A stretch of DNA of 64,000 bases, taken from contig NMRA01000085.1 of NCBI GenBank assembly GCA_002633005.1, positions 674,619 through 738,618 on the forward strand. The letters are read 5' to 3'. The notes beneath the pieces are model-generated. The model searched no databases, was not told the DNA's origin, and saw only the letters and a list, made by a program, of their open reading frames with translations. Positions 48,028-61,200 of the stretch are shown in pieces (position 1 is the first letter of the stretch; each line of letters starts with the position of its first letter). The translations under genes and the position numbers were made by a program. This DNA is from Phoronis australis. Lineage: Eukaryota; Animalia; Phoronida.

Positions 48028-51000
48028 ACCGCCGTTCACAAAGCACAGGCTGACCACATTCTCGGCAATCTTCGGCACTCCAGCACCCCCTGTTGCCCCG
48101 GGTGTGTTCTCATGCAGTGGAGCATCACCTTCATTTGATTGGTTGTGACTGTCTACAGCTCCATCTGTTGCTGATTCAGTCACCTCTTCTTTATTTGTAG
48201 TTACTGGAAAGGAAATTTACTCAAAATTAATAATCAGGGACTTACGCATAAAAAGTAAAGAAAATCAAAGCATAGACTCAAGTTGGAAAAACAATGCAAG
48301 ACTTAGTGTTAAATCAAGTACATGTGACATAGCTGGCCAATGATTGAGCTTATACACCAGCAGTTAGGAGGTGACAAATTATGGCATGCTCTTTTCAATT
48401 GTTGGACATCTGGAAATATTTGGAACCATTCGCTGTTGCTTCTTAGATCACAATGATGACGACTGTTGCCCTGAACTCCAATGCAGTTTTGTTGGGTTGT
48501 ACCAGAGAATATAATGTTCCTTCATCAGGAATAAATTATCTGCATAAATCAATATTATTTCAAGCACAAAGATCATTGTAGCTTCATTGTACAAACATGA
48601 TTTTTTTATTCACAAATGTTGTATGAGAAATCGGGTTTCATAATTCAAGACATGACCACACGACTATAAGCTTCCAGAAAATTCTTTTTGTTCAAATGTT
48701 CTATTTCTACAACATCGCTTTTCATTACACCATTTGGACCTCGACTTTCCCCTACCTCTTACAGAGCAAATTACATAATCATGTACTAATCCTTGTCACC
48801 GATCTTGAACAACACAAATGGCAACATAATCTTAGGCAAAAAAATCCACCAACCTTACAAATTCTTGGTATTAAAACTGTATCTCACTTTAATTGTCAAA
48901 ATAAGACTGACTAATTGGTATCATCAACATTTATGTATGCAATCCAGTTGTAAAATGTAATGACAGCACTCAAATTATCTCCGTCTCTTCTGTCAATTTT
49001 TCAATGTTTTGAAATTCGATCAACTGGGTTTCGGGAAAATCAAGTGCTTGAATTCAGGTCATAATCGATCACTTTTTATAACTGTTACAACTATGAATAT
49101 CTTGAACTAGCGTGGAAATAGAGATCACAAACATTCGTAAGTCTTCCAAGTCTCTGTTTGACCAGTGGTCCCGATGGCTCAGTGGCTAGACAGTCTGCAC
49201 GGTTTGCAGAAGGTCATGGGTTCGAGTCCTGTTTGGGGGCAGAAATCTTTTCAGACTTTTGTTCATTAGGTCATGTGATGTGGCCAACAGGTGGCGTGCA
49301 GACCAGACTTAAAAATGTTTCTGAACAGTTACAATTGATCATCGGCCCATCATTAATGAAATTCTCATCCAACTCCCCGTTAAATCAAAGATATTACGAG
49401 AGGAGTTCCCAACTGAAACGCCCACAAGACAAAGATTTGCAGTCGTCCTAAAACAGTCGTTACAAGCCAAACTTACCCACAGTTGTATTTGGCTGGGCCA
49501 CCTTGTCACCCAGCTTGAGAGCATCTATTTGAGCATCGAGAGCCATTTTGGCTTCCTGAGTTTTCTGAGTCAGATCTGAGTCTACAGGAGTGGAGACAGC
49601 AAAGTCAATAGTGCACATAGCAAAGTCTAGCCTGCTTGCTGGAGGGGGTCCTTCAAACTCCATTTTGTGCCACTTTGTGGATGCTACAACAAGAGAAAGG
49701 AGTGATTAATCAATTGACAAATAAAATTTTAATACGGTGAAATTTGCATTAGTCGGAGGCTCGGAGCCAACCAGGCCGTTGAACAGTTGAGCGCACCAAC
49801 AAGAGCAATCACACCATACTCTTGGGTGCCCGATTGGTGGTTCTGAATCAAAGAAACACCTAAAATAAGAAGTTCTTTTTCATGCATAGAAATGTGCTTT
49901 TACATTTCAAGAACCCTGGAAGATACGATTAATTTTTCTACCCTTGTATTAAAGACTGATCTTTTTTCAAACATTTAATGGAGAATTCTTCCCACTTTCC
50001 ACTCTTTACCTGGCACGACAAAACAGACAGAAAGTAAATAGTTACATCAAGAGGTACTGATAAGGGGTCCAGTTTTAATTGTCCAACCACATTAGACTGA
50101 CGGTTGTTGCAAAGTTCACCTGGGATGTAACATTCAACACAACTGACACCTGGTGTGCGTGCTGCAGATGTGAGAACCACGTGAGAACACAAGATCATGC
50201 AACGCTTCACCAGCACGTGATCATACATCTCAGGTTCAGTGTGCAATAAATTAGCTTGTTTTGTATGACGTAATTTTGACGTTTTGGACTCGGTCAAATA
50301 GAATTAAAATGCGAGAATTAAAACATAATTAGGCCACATAGATTTAGGGATTGTTGTAAATAACTGAGGTCTTTAAACTATGACCTGGCTACGGACTTGG
50401 TCATTTTTAATATTTTTCTACTCCCTGAGAGCAAAATGGGTGCAACTGTTGTCAGACCACACCGATAAAATCCAACCAAATAAAACTAATAAAAATTTCA
50501 AATGCTAAAAATTCCCATGTGGTTACCTAAATCGCAACAAAATCCAAGACCTGGAAAATTTTTTTGAAAAATGCGATGTGACTGTGCATTTCGATTCCTA
50601 TTTGTGGGTCCAAACATCCTATTAAAATATGTCAATAATAATGGATGGTCTCCTTTACTATTAAACAATACCCCTGACCAGCTGTCTTTACAGCTGTTAT
50701 CAACCCACGTTCCACCAAAAAAAATTGATGGCCACCTACGGATTTAAAAACCGTACTATGCAAAATCATTCTCAAGTTGTTCCTTACGCTCAAATTAAAG
50801 GTGAATTCTGAGCTTGAACAGAGGCAACAGTTCGTTAATGCGTATGACCGGGGGTCAGTTTCATGATACGTGACTGAAGACTTAGGTCAGAAATTTGGTC
50901 TTACACTCCACATAACTATTTGTGAAAAGTAATTGGTAAATCTCACTTGTGCAAAGGTGGAATCTCTATACACATAACTGCTAGCTACTTAGATAATATC

Positions 51001-52344
51001 TGGGCAATTCTGTGACAAGGTCAACCCAGAGATAAAAAATATAATTGTGTCTAGATTAACATCTTTGATGTCATCTGAAGGCCCAGTCTCTCTAGTTTCA
51101 GGGCTATTTGAATTTCCTATAGCTTTCGATTTTTTTCCAAAAGGTTTAGCCATGAAACTAAACTTGTGAAGTAGGAGCGCAAGATCAAATTTTAGTCTTA
51201 AGCCTTACGTCACCTTCATGAAATGGATCCCACGACTTAACAAGCTGGCTTGACCCTGCAAGTCACTTCATGGGCTGAACATAGATTGAAGTTATAACCA
51301 ACTAACAGCCTAGAAACCACTACGCATCTGAGTAAGGATGACCCTGAGACCAGGCTTAATCAAAAGTTAATTAACTTGTCAGAAAGCAGCTTAACATTGC
51401 ACAACATTCTCAACTAGATCCATAGATAAAATCGGATAATTTTTAAGAGAGTTCAAAAATACATGCATATTTGAAACTGCATCCCGTATGTGTCAACTAG
51501 ATGCTAATCCAATGCAATACGTACCCACATCAAATTTATAGAGATCGTCCAGCGCTCCGTCTTTGTTCATTCCACCAAACACATAGAGGCATCCCCCCAG
51601 AGAGACACCTCCATGGGCAGCCCTGGAACATGGACGATCCTTTTTCTGTTTCACCAAACTCCAAGTGTTTTTATCCAGATCCAACACATGCAGATCATCG
51701 TAGAAAGTAGTTCCAGACATGCCTCCGTGCACATACATCTTGTTGCCAACAGCGACCATCACGTGCCCATGACGCGGCTTTGGCGGGTCACCCTTCACTG
51801 GCAAAACAGTCCACGTTTTAGTGAGGACGTCAAAGCAATGTACTTGACGATCACCCACTGGGTCAGCTCCTGTTTGCCCACCACTATACACAATGAATTT
51901 ATCACCAGCGCAGGCTGTTGTGTGATACGTCCTTGCACTCGGAGGCTCACCCTTCACACTCACCGTTGACCAGGTGTTGTTGGCAGTGTCCAACACCTGT
52001 ATATCGTTCAAATTCCCACTTTGATTGGCGCCTCCGAACACGTAGATTTTATTCGGTTCAGATTCGGCACTGAAAGCGGAATGCTCATAACGAGAACAAA
52101 ATCCCGGAGTGTCAATAGTGTCCCAGCTTAAAGTATTCAAGTCCAGGACATAGGTGTCATTAAAGCACCCACTCGGATTAGCTCCACCAATAATGTAAAC
52201 TTTCCCGCACCCCCCTTCGTTACTTGCAACATAAGTACATGAATGTCCAACACGTAAACTCGGACATTCCCCAATTGCAGACAATACGTACCACAATCTC
52301 TCATTGGGACAAGACTCTTTCTCCAAAATTGGATGCAGCTCCAT
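47974..52344 (-). CDS. RABEPK: Rab9 effector protein with kelch motifs (p40), 3 coding exons, about 418 aa
   Basis: Exons 51525-52344, 49477-49683, 47974-48203 (1257 nt, in phase). N-terminus MELHPILE...WYVL...RVGHSC, repeated kelch GG/W motifs, PPPASRLDFAMC, and C-terminus LCFVNGGMDTVGEIFDDC, all typical of RABEPK. Confidence 0.9.
49083..49300 (+). mobile_element. tRNA-like Pol III element (SINE head or LTR-embedded tRNA-like sequence); cloverleaf at 49168-49241
   Basis: A box TGGCTCAGTGG, B box GGTTCGAGTCC, paired acceptor and anticodon stems (TCTGC/GCAGA), but a non-canonical anticodon loop ACGGTTT. Confidence 0.6.
50850..51231. mobile_element. MITE related to 1809-2093, in a RABEPK intron
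   Basis: Ends ggggtcagtttcatgatacgtgac / gtcaccttcatgaaatggatccc. Confidence 0.6.
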
Positions 52345-52387
52345 CGTTGTTTTTCTTGAACTTTTGTAATTTCTTAAATGCAAGAAA

Positions 52388-52648
52388 TTACACAATTACA
52401 CAGACTGTTGACTGTTGCACTTGACCGTTAGGTCTAGCGTTTTTGTTCTGAGATGGTAACTCAAACGCCTCTGTACCCAAGTTGGAATAAAAGTCAATTC
52501 CGTGAGGCTCTAAATGGTCATGACTCTTTCCACGAGAGGACCGCTGTGACTTTTTCTGATGATCTTGGAAAATGTGTAGACTGGTGTCACTGTACCTATC
52601 GCGGATCTCCTGCAGACTTTCTGCTAGGTGAGGTCTACCAGCACTCAT
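52388..52648 (-). CDS. Putative 86-aa upstream-ORF protein ending in a CaaX motif (CVIV), family unknown
   Basis: ATG-to-stop ORF lying between a strong acceptor (tcctttttattgctgttacag, exon from 52703) and the RABEPK ATG (52344). Hydrophilic, protein-like composition with terminal CVIV*. No homolog recognised. Confidence 0.5.
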   Translation of the reverse strand: MSAGRPHLAESLQEIRDRYSDTSLHIFQDHQKKSQRSSRGKSHDHLEPHGIDFYSNLGTEAFELPSQNKNARPNGQVQQSTVCVIV

Positions 52649-55206
52649 TTAGTAGACAGTACTTCATGTGTTTGTTGTTCCAACCTGTGTTAGTGGACAT
52701 TTCCTGTAACAGCAATAAAAAGGACATGTTGCATTAAATTATAACAATACATAATTATATTCTGCTATATATTCAAAAGTGGCTATGAGCCCATGTTCCA
52801 TCACACAAAGTACTTTTAAATTAGACCACTTAACATAATTGTGACACTGGTCTCAAATTGCTTCTCAGTCAAATTGGAGATAATTTCAGGGCTTCAATAA
52901 CTGACAGGATGTTATTGCTTGAGATGAGGATAGACAAGCAGGCTCGTCATTTTATGCGCCAAACTTGGTGTCAATGGACGATTCGACAGTACTCAGCAAA
53001 GCCAGAAACTTGTCTTACTGTAACACATCAAACCTCCAAAGAACATCAAAATGTGTATTTCACCTTACACATACATTACAGTTTGGTTGGAAATTAGGAC
53101 TACATACGTTCAATCCATAGTTGCCAAAGAAAGAAGGAACATAACGTTAAATCGTCGTGAGAGACCGTCCGGAGTTGGTATATGGTGCAACTCCGGACGG
53201 TCTGGGGTCAACAGAAAACCACTGTTCAACTGTGAGTCTACACCAATTTGATTAACGAGAGCGAGTTCTACTTGCTGCGTCAGCTGCAGGCATTCTTATC
53301 TCTTGTATGACACACGATGTGTGACTTGGCAAAGCGTTTTCAAAATAATGTGGATAAATCAGTGGAGTGTGAGACCCCTGAGGTCCCTGTCAAGTCCTCA
53401 CGACAATTCTACGTAATGAACACACCCTTCTCTGAAGCCTGTTGCTAGCGAAATGCCCGACATATACAGTCGCGTACGCATGCCCTCGTAACAAACGTGC
53501 ACTGAGACGCAACAATGATATTAGCATAAGAATAAATGAACAATTGTAACTAAATAAGCATAACAATAAGCGGACAATTACTAACACATTAGTGAGAACC
53601 AAAATGAGATAATTTGATTGGTCAGTAACCTAAATCAAAAGTTCGCTTCTTGGGCAGCACACTGATTTAGCCTATTGATCCTCCTCAAGTCTGGCATTTT
53701 ATTTTACACAGCTGACATAGGAGATGATACCTTGCTTAACACCAACCAGAAGCTTTCGCTATGAAAGAAAACAAAGTGAATTAACTCATTGTTGATCGCG
53801 AACTGCGACTCATCAAACTTGATGATACAATAACAAAAAATGTCACAACTCATCGCAAACATGACAAAATGACTGCCCTCTAATCTCAGGCCTTAAGCAC
53901 TACTTCATTGCAAATATATATTTACTCCAAATTAGATTTCACAAATCATCTCGCTTTATAATATGCATGTGACATTTTGCCAATTTTTGCATTAAATTAA
54001 TCGATATGAGCTTTGGCTATAGTCCCAAAAATGTTTAAAACTGTTCCACTTGTTGTCTTAGTATTTGGCATACCTAGGCTGTGTTGCATAAAACATCAAA
54101 ATTATCCGCTGGATAAGTTTGATTGCTGCGTGATGTCTGGTGCATTGTTCAACAATAACAATGTGGCCCGTGATAATGTGACGTCATTGTTGGTATGCAG
54201 CATATAACTTTTATGCAACTGGAATAATTATTTGTGACACATAATTTCCTGGTTGGAAGTCTGCATGACTTTTTAAAAAACATCCAATTAGAGTGTATTT
54301 ACTCTAAATAGGTAAGCGTTACACAAGACAAGTGTCTGGCAATGATTATACTTGTAATGTGATGCTGACTCAAAGTGTTGGTGCTCACTATTTCTCAGAT
54401 GGTGCAGCTCCATAGTTCAAAGACTAATTACAACTTTGCTAATGTTTTGAACCATTACGAACTAAAGATTTTGGTTCAGCAGGTGTATAAGGACTATAAG
54501 GTCATATCCCCTGCCCTGGCGTATTTCGTGGAGTTGGAAGGAATTAATCAATTAAAGACATCAACGGCAAGGTGTCCCTCTATGCGTAAAATGTATTTAT
54601 AACAACGTGACTTTGATGCTTTGGTCAGCATGAGTCATAACTCGCCGAAAAGCTCCAGGCGTATGAAGCTCTTATAGGAGCTCCAGCGTGTCTACAGTAC
54701 TGGGTTGGGCCAGGTGGAGACGGTGATCACTGTCTAGGACCAGGGCCAAGACCACTTTTCATTTGTTGTTTTGAAAAGGAAAAGATAAAGTTGCGCCATA
54801 ACTTCTTCCTAACCCTTCGAGTACCTAAAGTATTTAAAAATCATAGACAGCAAACACAAAATGTTACGTTAACAAAGAAAAGGAGTATTCCTGCATTTAC
54901 CAGAAACAAACTGCTCTTGGAATTTTCTACACTCGCCTTACCGCTTCCGCTGAAACACAAAGTTGTTGGATATACATGTTCAGGGTACTTTAGAGGCACT
55001 TTTGCAAACTGTTTCATTACGAAGTGTTCGTAAATAGCAATACATCTTAGCACTAATTTAAATCATCACTGTTTCGTACCACATTTTAAGTGGAAGTATG
55101 ACGACTTTGCGTATAAAATAACATACGAAAAATAAAAGTTGAATGGCTTAAAGACTCCAGGGCGGAAAAGGATTGAATATCCACAATTGGGGCTCCGAGA
55201 GACAAA

Positions 55207-58200
55207 ATGGCGGAGGAACAGGAGTGGAGGTTGTGCGCAGAATGGCTAATACGATGTCGAGTTTTACCCACCGATCACCCCGTCACGTTTGCAGGAGCCG
55301 CAGTATTTGATTTAGCACAGACTCTTCGCGACGGTGTCCTGTTATGTCATCTTTTAAACAGTCTGCAGCCGGGCGCTGTAGATTTGAAGGACTTCTCTCA
55401 GCGACCACAGATGTCCCAGGCAAGACGAGTGTAAAAGCATTTCCTGGTTGACACGAATACGCTTTTGTTACCCAGAACTGTTTACTTCTCATCATTTACA
55501 TTTTAACCAACCCTTCAAAGTATTTGCTTTAGTTTTAGACCGTCGTCTGATCCCTCGACCAGTATTTACCACTTTTTCTAATTCTGCTAAGATCGAACTC
55601 TGTCTCAACTGTCAGTTTGTAACCAACTGTATTGTCAATGAACAGAGTTAGGACTAAAACCAAGTGTAAAACTGAGAAGTTATAGTAGATATTTTGACTA
55701 ATCTAAAACATTCCGCTGCTTAATGAAGATCTGATGGTATACAGTTGTACAACCCTTGAGTATCTGATGGTTCTCAATCAAGTTTTGAAGCCTACTCAAA
55801 ACCAGCCAAGGTATGACTATGAGCAACGTCACTTGGCTTAACTTCATACTGCAATAAGTGAAATAAAGTAAAATCTTTGTAAAGTAATAGCGTGTATTCA
55901 CCAACATTCATGGTTTATCAGCAAAAGGAGATGACAAACTTTTACAGCCTATTCCATGACCTAATTAATTGACATCTGTTGAATTAAAAAATTCACAAAA
56001 TTACGACTTCTTTAGCCAAAATAGAAGCCGAAGCATTTTTTCTATTTATAGATATCTTTTTTGTAATACTCGTAATTATTATATGCTTAAAAGTGACATA
56101 TGAAAAAATAGTCCTTGAAACTTTGGCTCTGGCGACAAAATTGGGTCATAAGTCTTTGCTTTCTTTTTGGCTCAGTGTAAGATCGATCAACAACTGTTGT
56201 GCAATTCACCACCAGTTTTCAACAGTGCAGTTCATCCATTCCTTTTCACATTTTTGTGCTTTGATCTAGATAGCTTTTACTAGTAGCAGGGCTTCATCCA
56301 GGATTTCGAACATAGGGTGTCCAAAATGGGTTCCCAATATTCCAGGGCGTCCATGATTCCAACGACGCATTACCCCCCCTCCCCACCACCATTCACCAGT
56401 AAACCCTCCCCCCTCTCAAACACACAGTGATTTTTTTTTTAAATTAAAAAATCCGTTGAACAAGGCTTTTACACCTAAGTTTACAAAAACAGCTCCCTTG
56501 TATTGGGCTTTTTTAAGTACTAAAAAACTGTTGATAANATATCTTTTTTGTAATACTTGTAATTATTATATGCTTAAAAGTGACATATGAAAAAATAGTC
56601 CTTGAAACTTTGGCTCTGGCGACAAAATTGGGTCATAAGTCTTTGCTTTCTTTTTGGCTCAGTGTGAGATCGATCAAAAACTGTTGTGCAATTTACCACC
56701 AGTTTTCAACAGTGCAGTCCATTCATTCCTTTTCACATTTTTGTGCTTTGATCTAGATAGCTTTTACTAGTAGTCACATCTGTTGTGTCAAGAACTATAG
56801 TTCACAAATTGACCCAAATTTGTCAAAATAACTCACATTTGTTTTGATTGACTGTTGGAGCATTATGGATAAATAGGGTTAGTACTTGATATTTTCAATC
56901 TCACCAGTAAATTTTGCTTCCAACTCTTGAAACTTAATGCAAAACCAAGAAGTTCAACCGCCAGGTTTGAAAAGCTTTTAATACTAATAGTTCCTACCAC
57001 TTTTGTGCTCCTTGTTTCAAAGCCCACAAACAAAAGTTGTAAAATGAACTTAATGACCCCAGAAGTTCTGTTTAAGTGGCCTGCAATTGTAGAGTTGGTT
57101 TTATTGTATGCTTTCATCTGCTGAAGTGCCCAAATTTAGTCATCCATGTATTCTCGTCCCTCAAATGAGCACTGAAGTTGCAATAACATGTCTGGTGTCA
57201 AGATTTAAAACTGCTTTTCACCCTGTTTGTGTGGTTACAAAGTGCGAACCGGGCATTTTACAAAGTGCGAACTGCGCATTTTACTCTCTTAAAATTAGTC
57301 TGATAACTTCTTTACCATAATAGGATTCTAGTTCCATCACTAACTTGAACACAGAAACTGTTAGTGACGGGAAAAAATGATTTTGAGTCCAGTTTTTGTC
57401 TACCCAAAATGGCAAGTGCATGTGTGCATTGCCTGTGTCTTGATTTGGGATGTGGACATGGAATATTGGGAGACTTGAAATGTCATACAAAGTACTCTAT
57501 GTATTTTAATACCTTACATTGATTAATTTATTGATTAATTTATTGATTGACTTTCCAACTTCAATATGCTGAAGGCTCTTGGAACCGTGGTCGGAAGCAT
57601 GTGATATCAAAACCCTTATTGTACAGTATACTCTCACCAATTTTGGACATAATATGGCAGACAAGTGAAATTTTGCTTTCTCATTTTTTCATAGAAAATA
57701 TGTAGCGTCGTATTATTTTTTAAATATTTTAAAAAATTGTGGACATTCAGTACAATATTAGAAAACCTTGAATATTCTAAGAAAGGTAATTTTTGGCAAT
57801 TAATTTTGTCCGAAATGGGGGAGATTATACTGTATGGTGACAAACTGAACGTCTTATCAAAGTCGAGAATCGTACTAAGATGGGAGAGACAGACGTACAC
57901 CTTAACCTCTGCACTAAGGAGTATCGGTATCGATTCGCATTCATTTTATTCTCGCCAGACACACGTTAATCAACAACTTCATTTCTCCCTTGCCGTCACC
58001 TATGGAATAACCCTGTACCTAAGGTTAATGTCTAATGCAAAGTAATTTCCTTCTTTTCCAATTTCTGTTGATCCTTATCACAATTTACAGTTTGTGGAAC
58101 ATTCTTAGAAGGCCAAATCAGTTAAACAGTCATTGAGTCGAGTCCACATTTGTCAAGAACATCAACAAGGACAGTCTGTCTGTAACATGGCCGAAACGTT

Positions 58201-61200
58201 CAGGAACGTGTCGTTTACTTTGTCACAAAAGCACAACTAACCAAATGCCTACCTTTTTGTTAGATTAAATCAGATTTCTGAATATAGCTTGTGTGGTTGT
58301 AGTAAATCTTGACTTCCCAACACTTCTGAAATGGCCGTTTGTTTGGCTTTGATGTCAGCTGTCAAGACCCATGTTTGTGAACTGAAGTCATGGCCATGAG
58401 TCGAGGCAATAAGATTTTGGTCCAGTTTTCCTAAACATTTGACAAAGCAGGAAATAGCCCAGGACTGTATTAAGCACCACCGCCATGCATATTTTGAAAA
58501 CAAAGTGCTTAGTGGTCTTGTGTAGATTCAAAGTGCAATGGCTTGAAAATTTTTTGAAACGGAATAACAATTATAGGAATGCTCAATAAACTCATGGTGG
58601 AAGCTAATTCGAGTGCAAAGTCTCAGAATTCTGACGTCACATTCTTGTGAAAAAGGACTTCCTTTGACTGGCTTGGACTGGTTTGATCAAATGGCTATTC
58701 CAAGCAACTTACGACTATGCAAATTCCCAAGGGACACTGTGCTATAAAGTTAAGATCAGTTTGCCCTGAAATGCATTGAAAGCAAGTATCTATTTTCTGT
58801 TACTGTCTCCGTGCATGGAAGAGGTTTTGTAAGTATCTATTATTCTGGGTTTCCTTTTCAGTTTTAGAGGTAAATGGGGATTTTCCTTTATACCAGTACG
58901 TAATATGTGATTTTTAAAACCTATCTCCAACAGGCACTGCTCTATCTCTAAAACCCCTGAATGGATGTTCATGAAAATTTGCAAACATGTTCCAACAAAA
59001 GTTCAGACGGATCTGACTACCCCTATGTCCCCTAGTGGGAGTTTTGGTTTTTTACATTTGTGTTTATATCTTTGGATTTCCTAGACAAAGTTTTCAGATG
59101 GATTTGAGATTCTCTGCGTTTTGAGTCAATTTTTGTATAGCAGACCCTAGAGCTATGAAACAGCAAAATCTGTTGTTTTTGTAATTTTATTAGAAATTCC
59201 CGATTTCGAAGGTTGACTTCCAGTCATTTGATATTGACTGAGGTCGCTAATTTTGTCAATTAAATGCACTTAAAACAAGCAACTGACTGCTTGACACATG
59301 GGCTTTTAGCTTCAATAGCAAAGCATCGGACTGCGACCGTTGAGATCGTCAGTTTGAGTAGGTCTTTGGCCGATCTGAGGCACAGGACATTATACCCCAA
59401 TATTATTTCTTTTATAAGACTTATGATCTTTGTCACCTTAATACGAGAGTTTACAATAATTTCATTACCTCCCTACTCAATTGATAATTGTCTAGTTACG
59501 CCTTTACCTTATTTTCTCCAGTGTTCCTTTTTTGTTTGTCACAGTGGATGATTCTCAATATTCTGTTGCCACGGAAACCATGTTTTTATTGAGTCTAGGT
59601 GTGTATGATTATCAGTGTTCAGTTTTGCAGAAAAATAATCAGAATTGTGTTGAAAGGCTTGATTACATTATTTTGAAAATTTCAAGAAGATGCCGTCAGT
59701 CTAAGTTTTGTAATTCGATAGCTGTTTAGTAACAAACCATGTTGATAATTAAATCGCGTTCTACTCAATACTTATTTTTGTTGAAAGCTTTGGCACAAAA
59801 TTCCACAAGTCCGTACATTGTCTGCTGAATTGCCTCGCTTATCTTTGTGCTCAATTTTTCTTTCAGTTTCTGTGCCTGAAGAACATCCGGACATTTCTCC
59901 ATGTTTGCAAGCTCAAGTTCAGCCTCCGAGAAGCGGATTTGTTTGACTCCTACGATTTGTTTGACGTCAAGAACTTTGGTGCTGTGAGTAAAATTACCAT
60001 GTCTTTAAGTTTTAAGTTTAGTCTACGAATTGGAAGAAATATTTAACGAATTGCTGAAATTGTTATTTTTAAATTCATCTGCATTGTTAGAATTTCATTA
60101 TGTGTTGGTCATGTTAATTGTTAGTAGCTGTTCAGTACAAATGGCTTACTCTGAACGGAAAATTTATTCCTATTTATTTTTGTGGAAAATTCATAAAATA
60201 AGATTTCTTTGCTCTGTTGTTGTGTGTTCTGAGCTGGCAACGTTTCACCGAAATCTTGTTTGAAAGAAAAGCTAAGATTTTTGGTGCTTTAGTTAAAAAA
60301 CAGATGCTTTAGCTAAAACACGACGTTACAATTTTATAAATATTTCAGTATTAGGTGGTGTTTGTTTGGCCCTAATTACTTGCGGCGTCTTTTTCCATGG
60401 TCCTCGTATTGATGTGGCAGCATATCTTTGCATTCTATTCCATTGAGTCAATCCACAACTATGGTCAAAATTGTCCAGTTTAGGACTGTCCACAGTAAAA
60501 GATTGATTATTTTGCTCAAAGTGGCGCTGACAGCAAATTTTAGAAATTGTTAAATATTAGCCTTCCCATATTTAGAACTGTGATCAACAACAAATGATCT
60601 TTTATTCAAGTTTAGGGGTATGCTAATTAGTGTATGTCAATGCTGTGCCAGTTAAAACAAAACATTCATTCTTTGGGCTCTGGTTTGCAGTGCTAATAAA
60701 CTTATGACGAAAATTAGTTCCCTTATGTTTTCTTATTTTGGGGAAATTCACTCATAATCGTTGTAAACATGGTTATTAAGAAATAATTAACGAGGGTGAT
60801 ACAGTCTTGTTAATTTTTAACGTATAGTAAGTGATGGTCTGAGGCCTCAAAAGTAAATGATGACAATGCAAAATGTTTTGTAACATTGCTTGTTTAATAA
60901 TATCAGTTTCCTTTTCATACACGTCAAGAAATATTACGATAGTTGTTTTTCTATTTTGGACAAAAATAATTACCAAATTCGCTGTTTCTTCATTCTCCGA
61001 GGCTGCTAACGTTGTTTTTCATGTCCACAATTTGTCAAAGCAATGTGGTAGTCGTGACATCGAACTTACAAGCATAGTAAAGCATTTATTTGGTTTCTTT
61101 TATGTAAGATAAAAAATATATTTTCACGTGTCTGCCGTGTAGTGGCTCGTAGATTTTGCCACAATGTCTTCCCTTATCGTCAGTTTCCTTGTTCCTGTTC

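Noticed and set aside
49168-49241. Functional tRNA-Thr(GGT)
   Set aside because: Anticodon loop lacks U33 and R37, and the D-arm pairs poorly.
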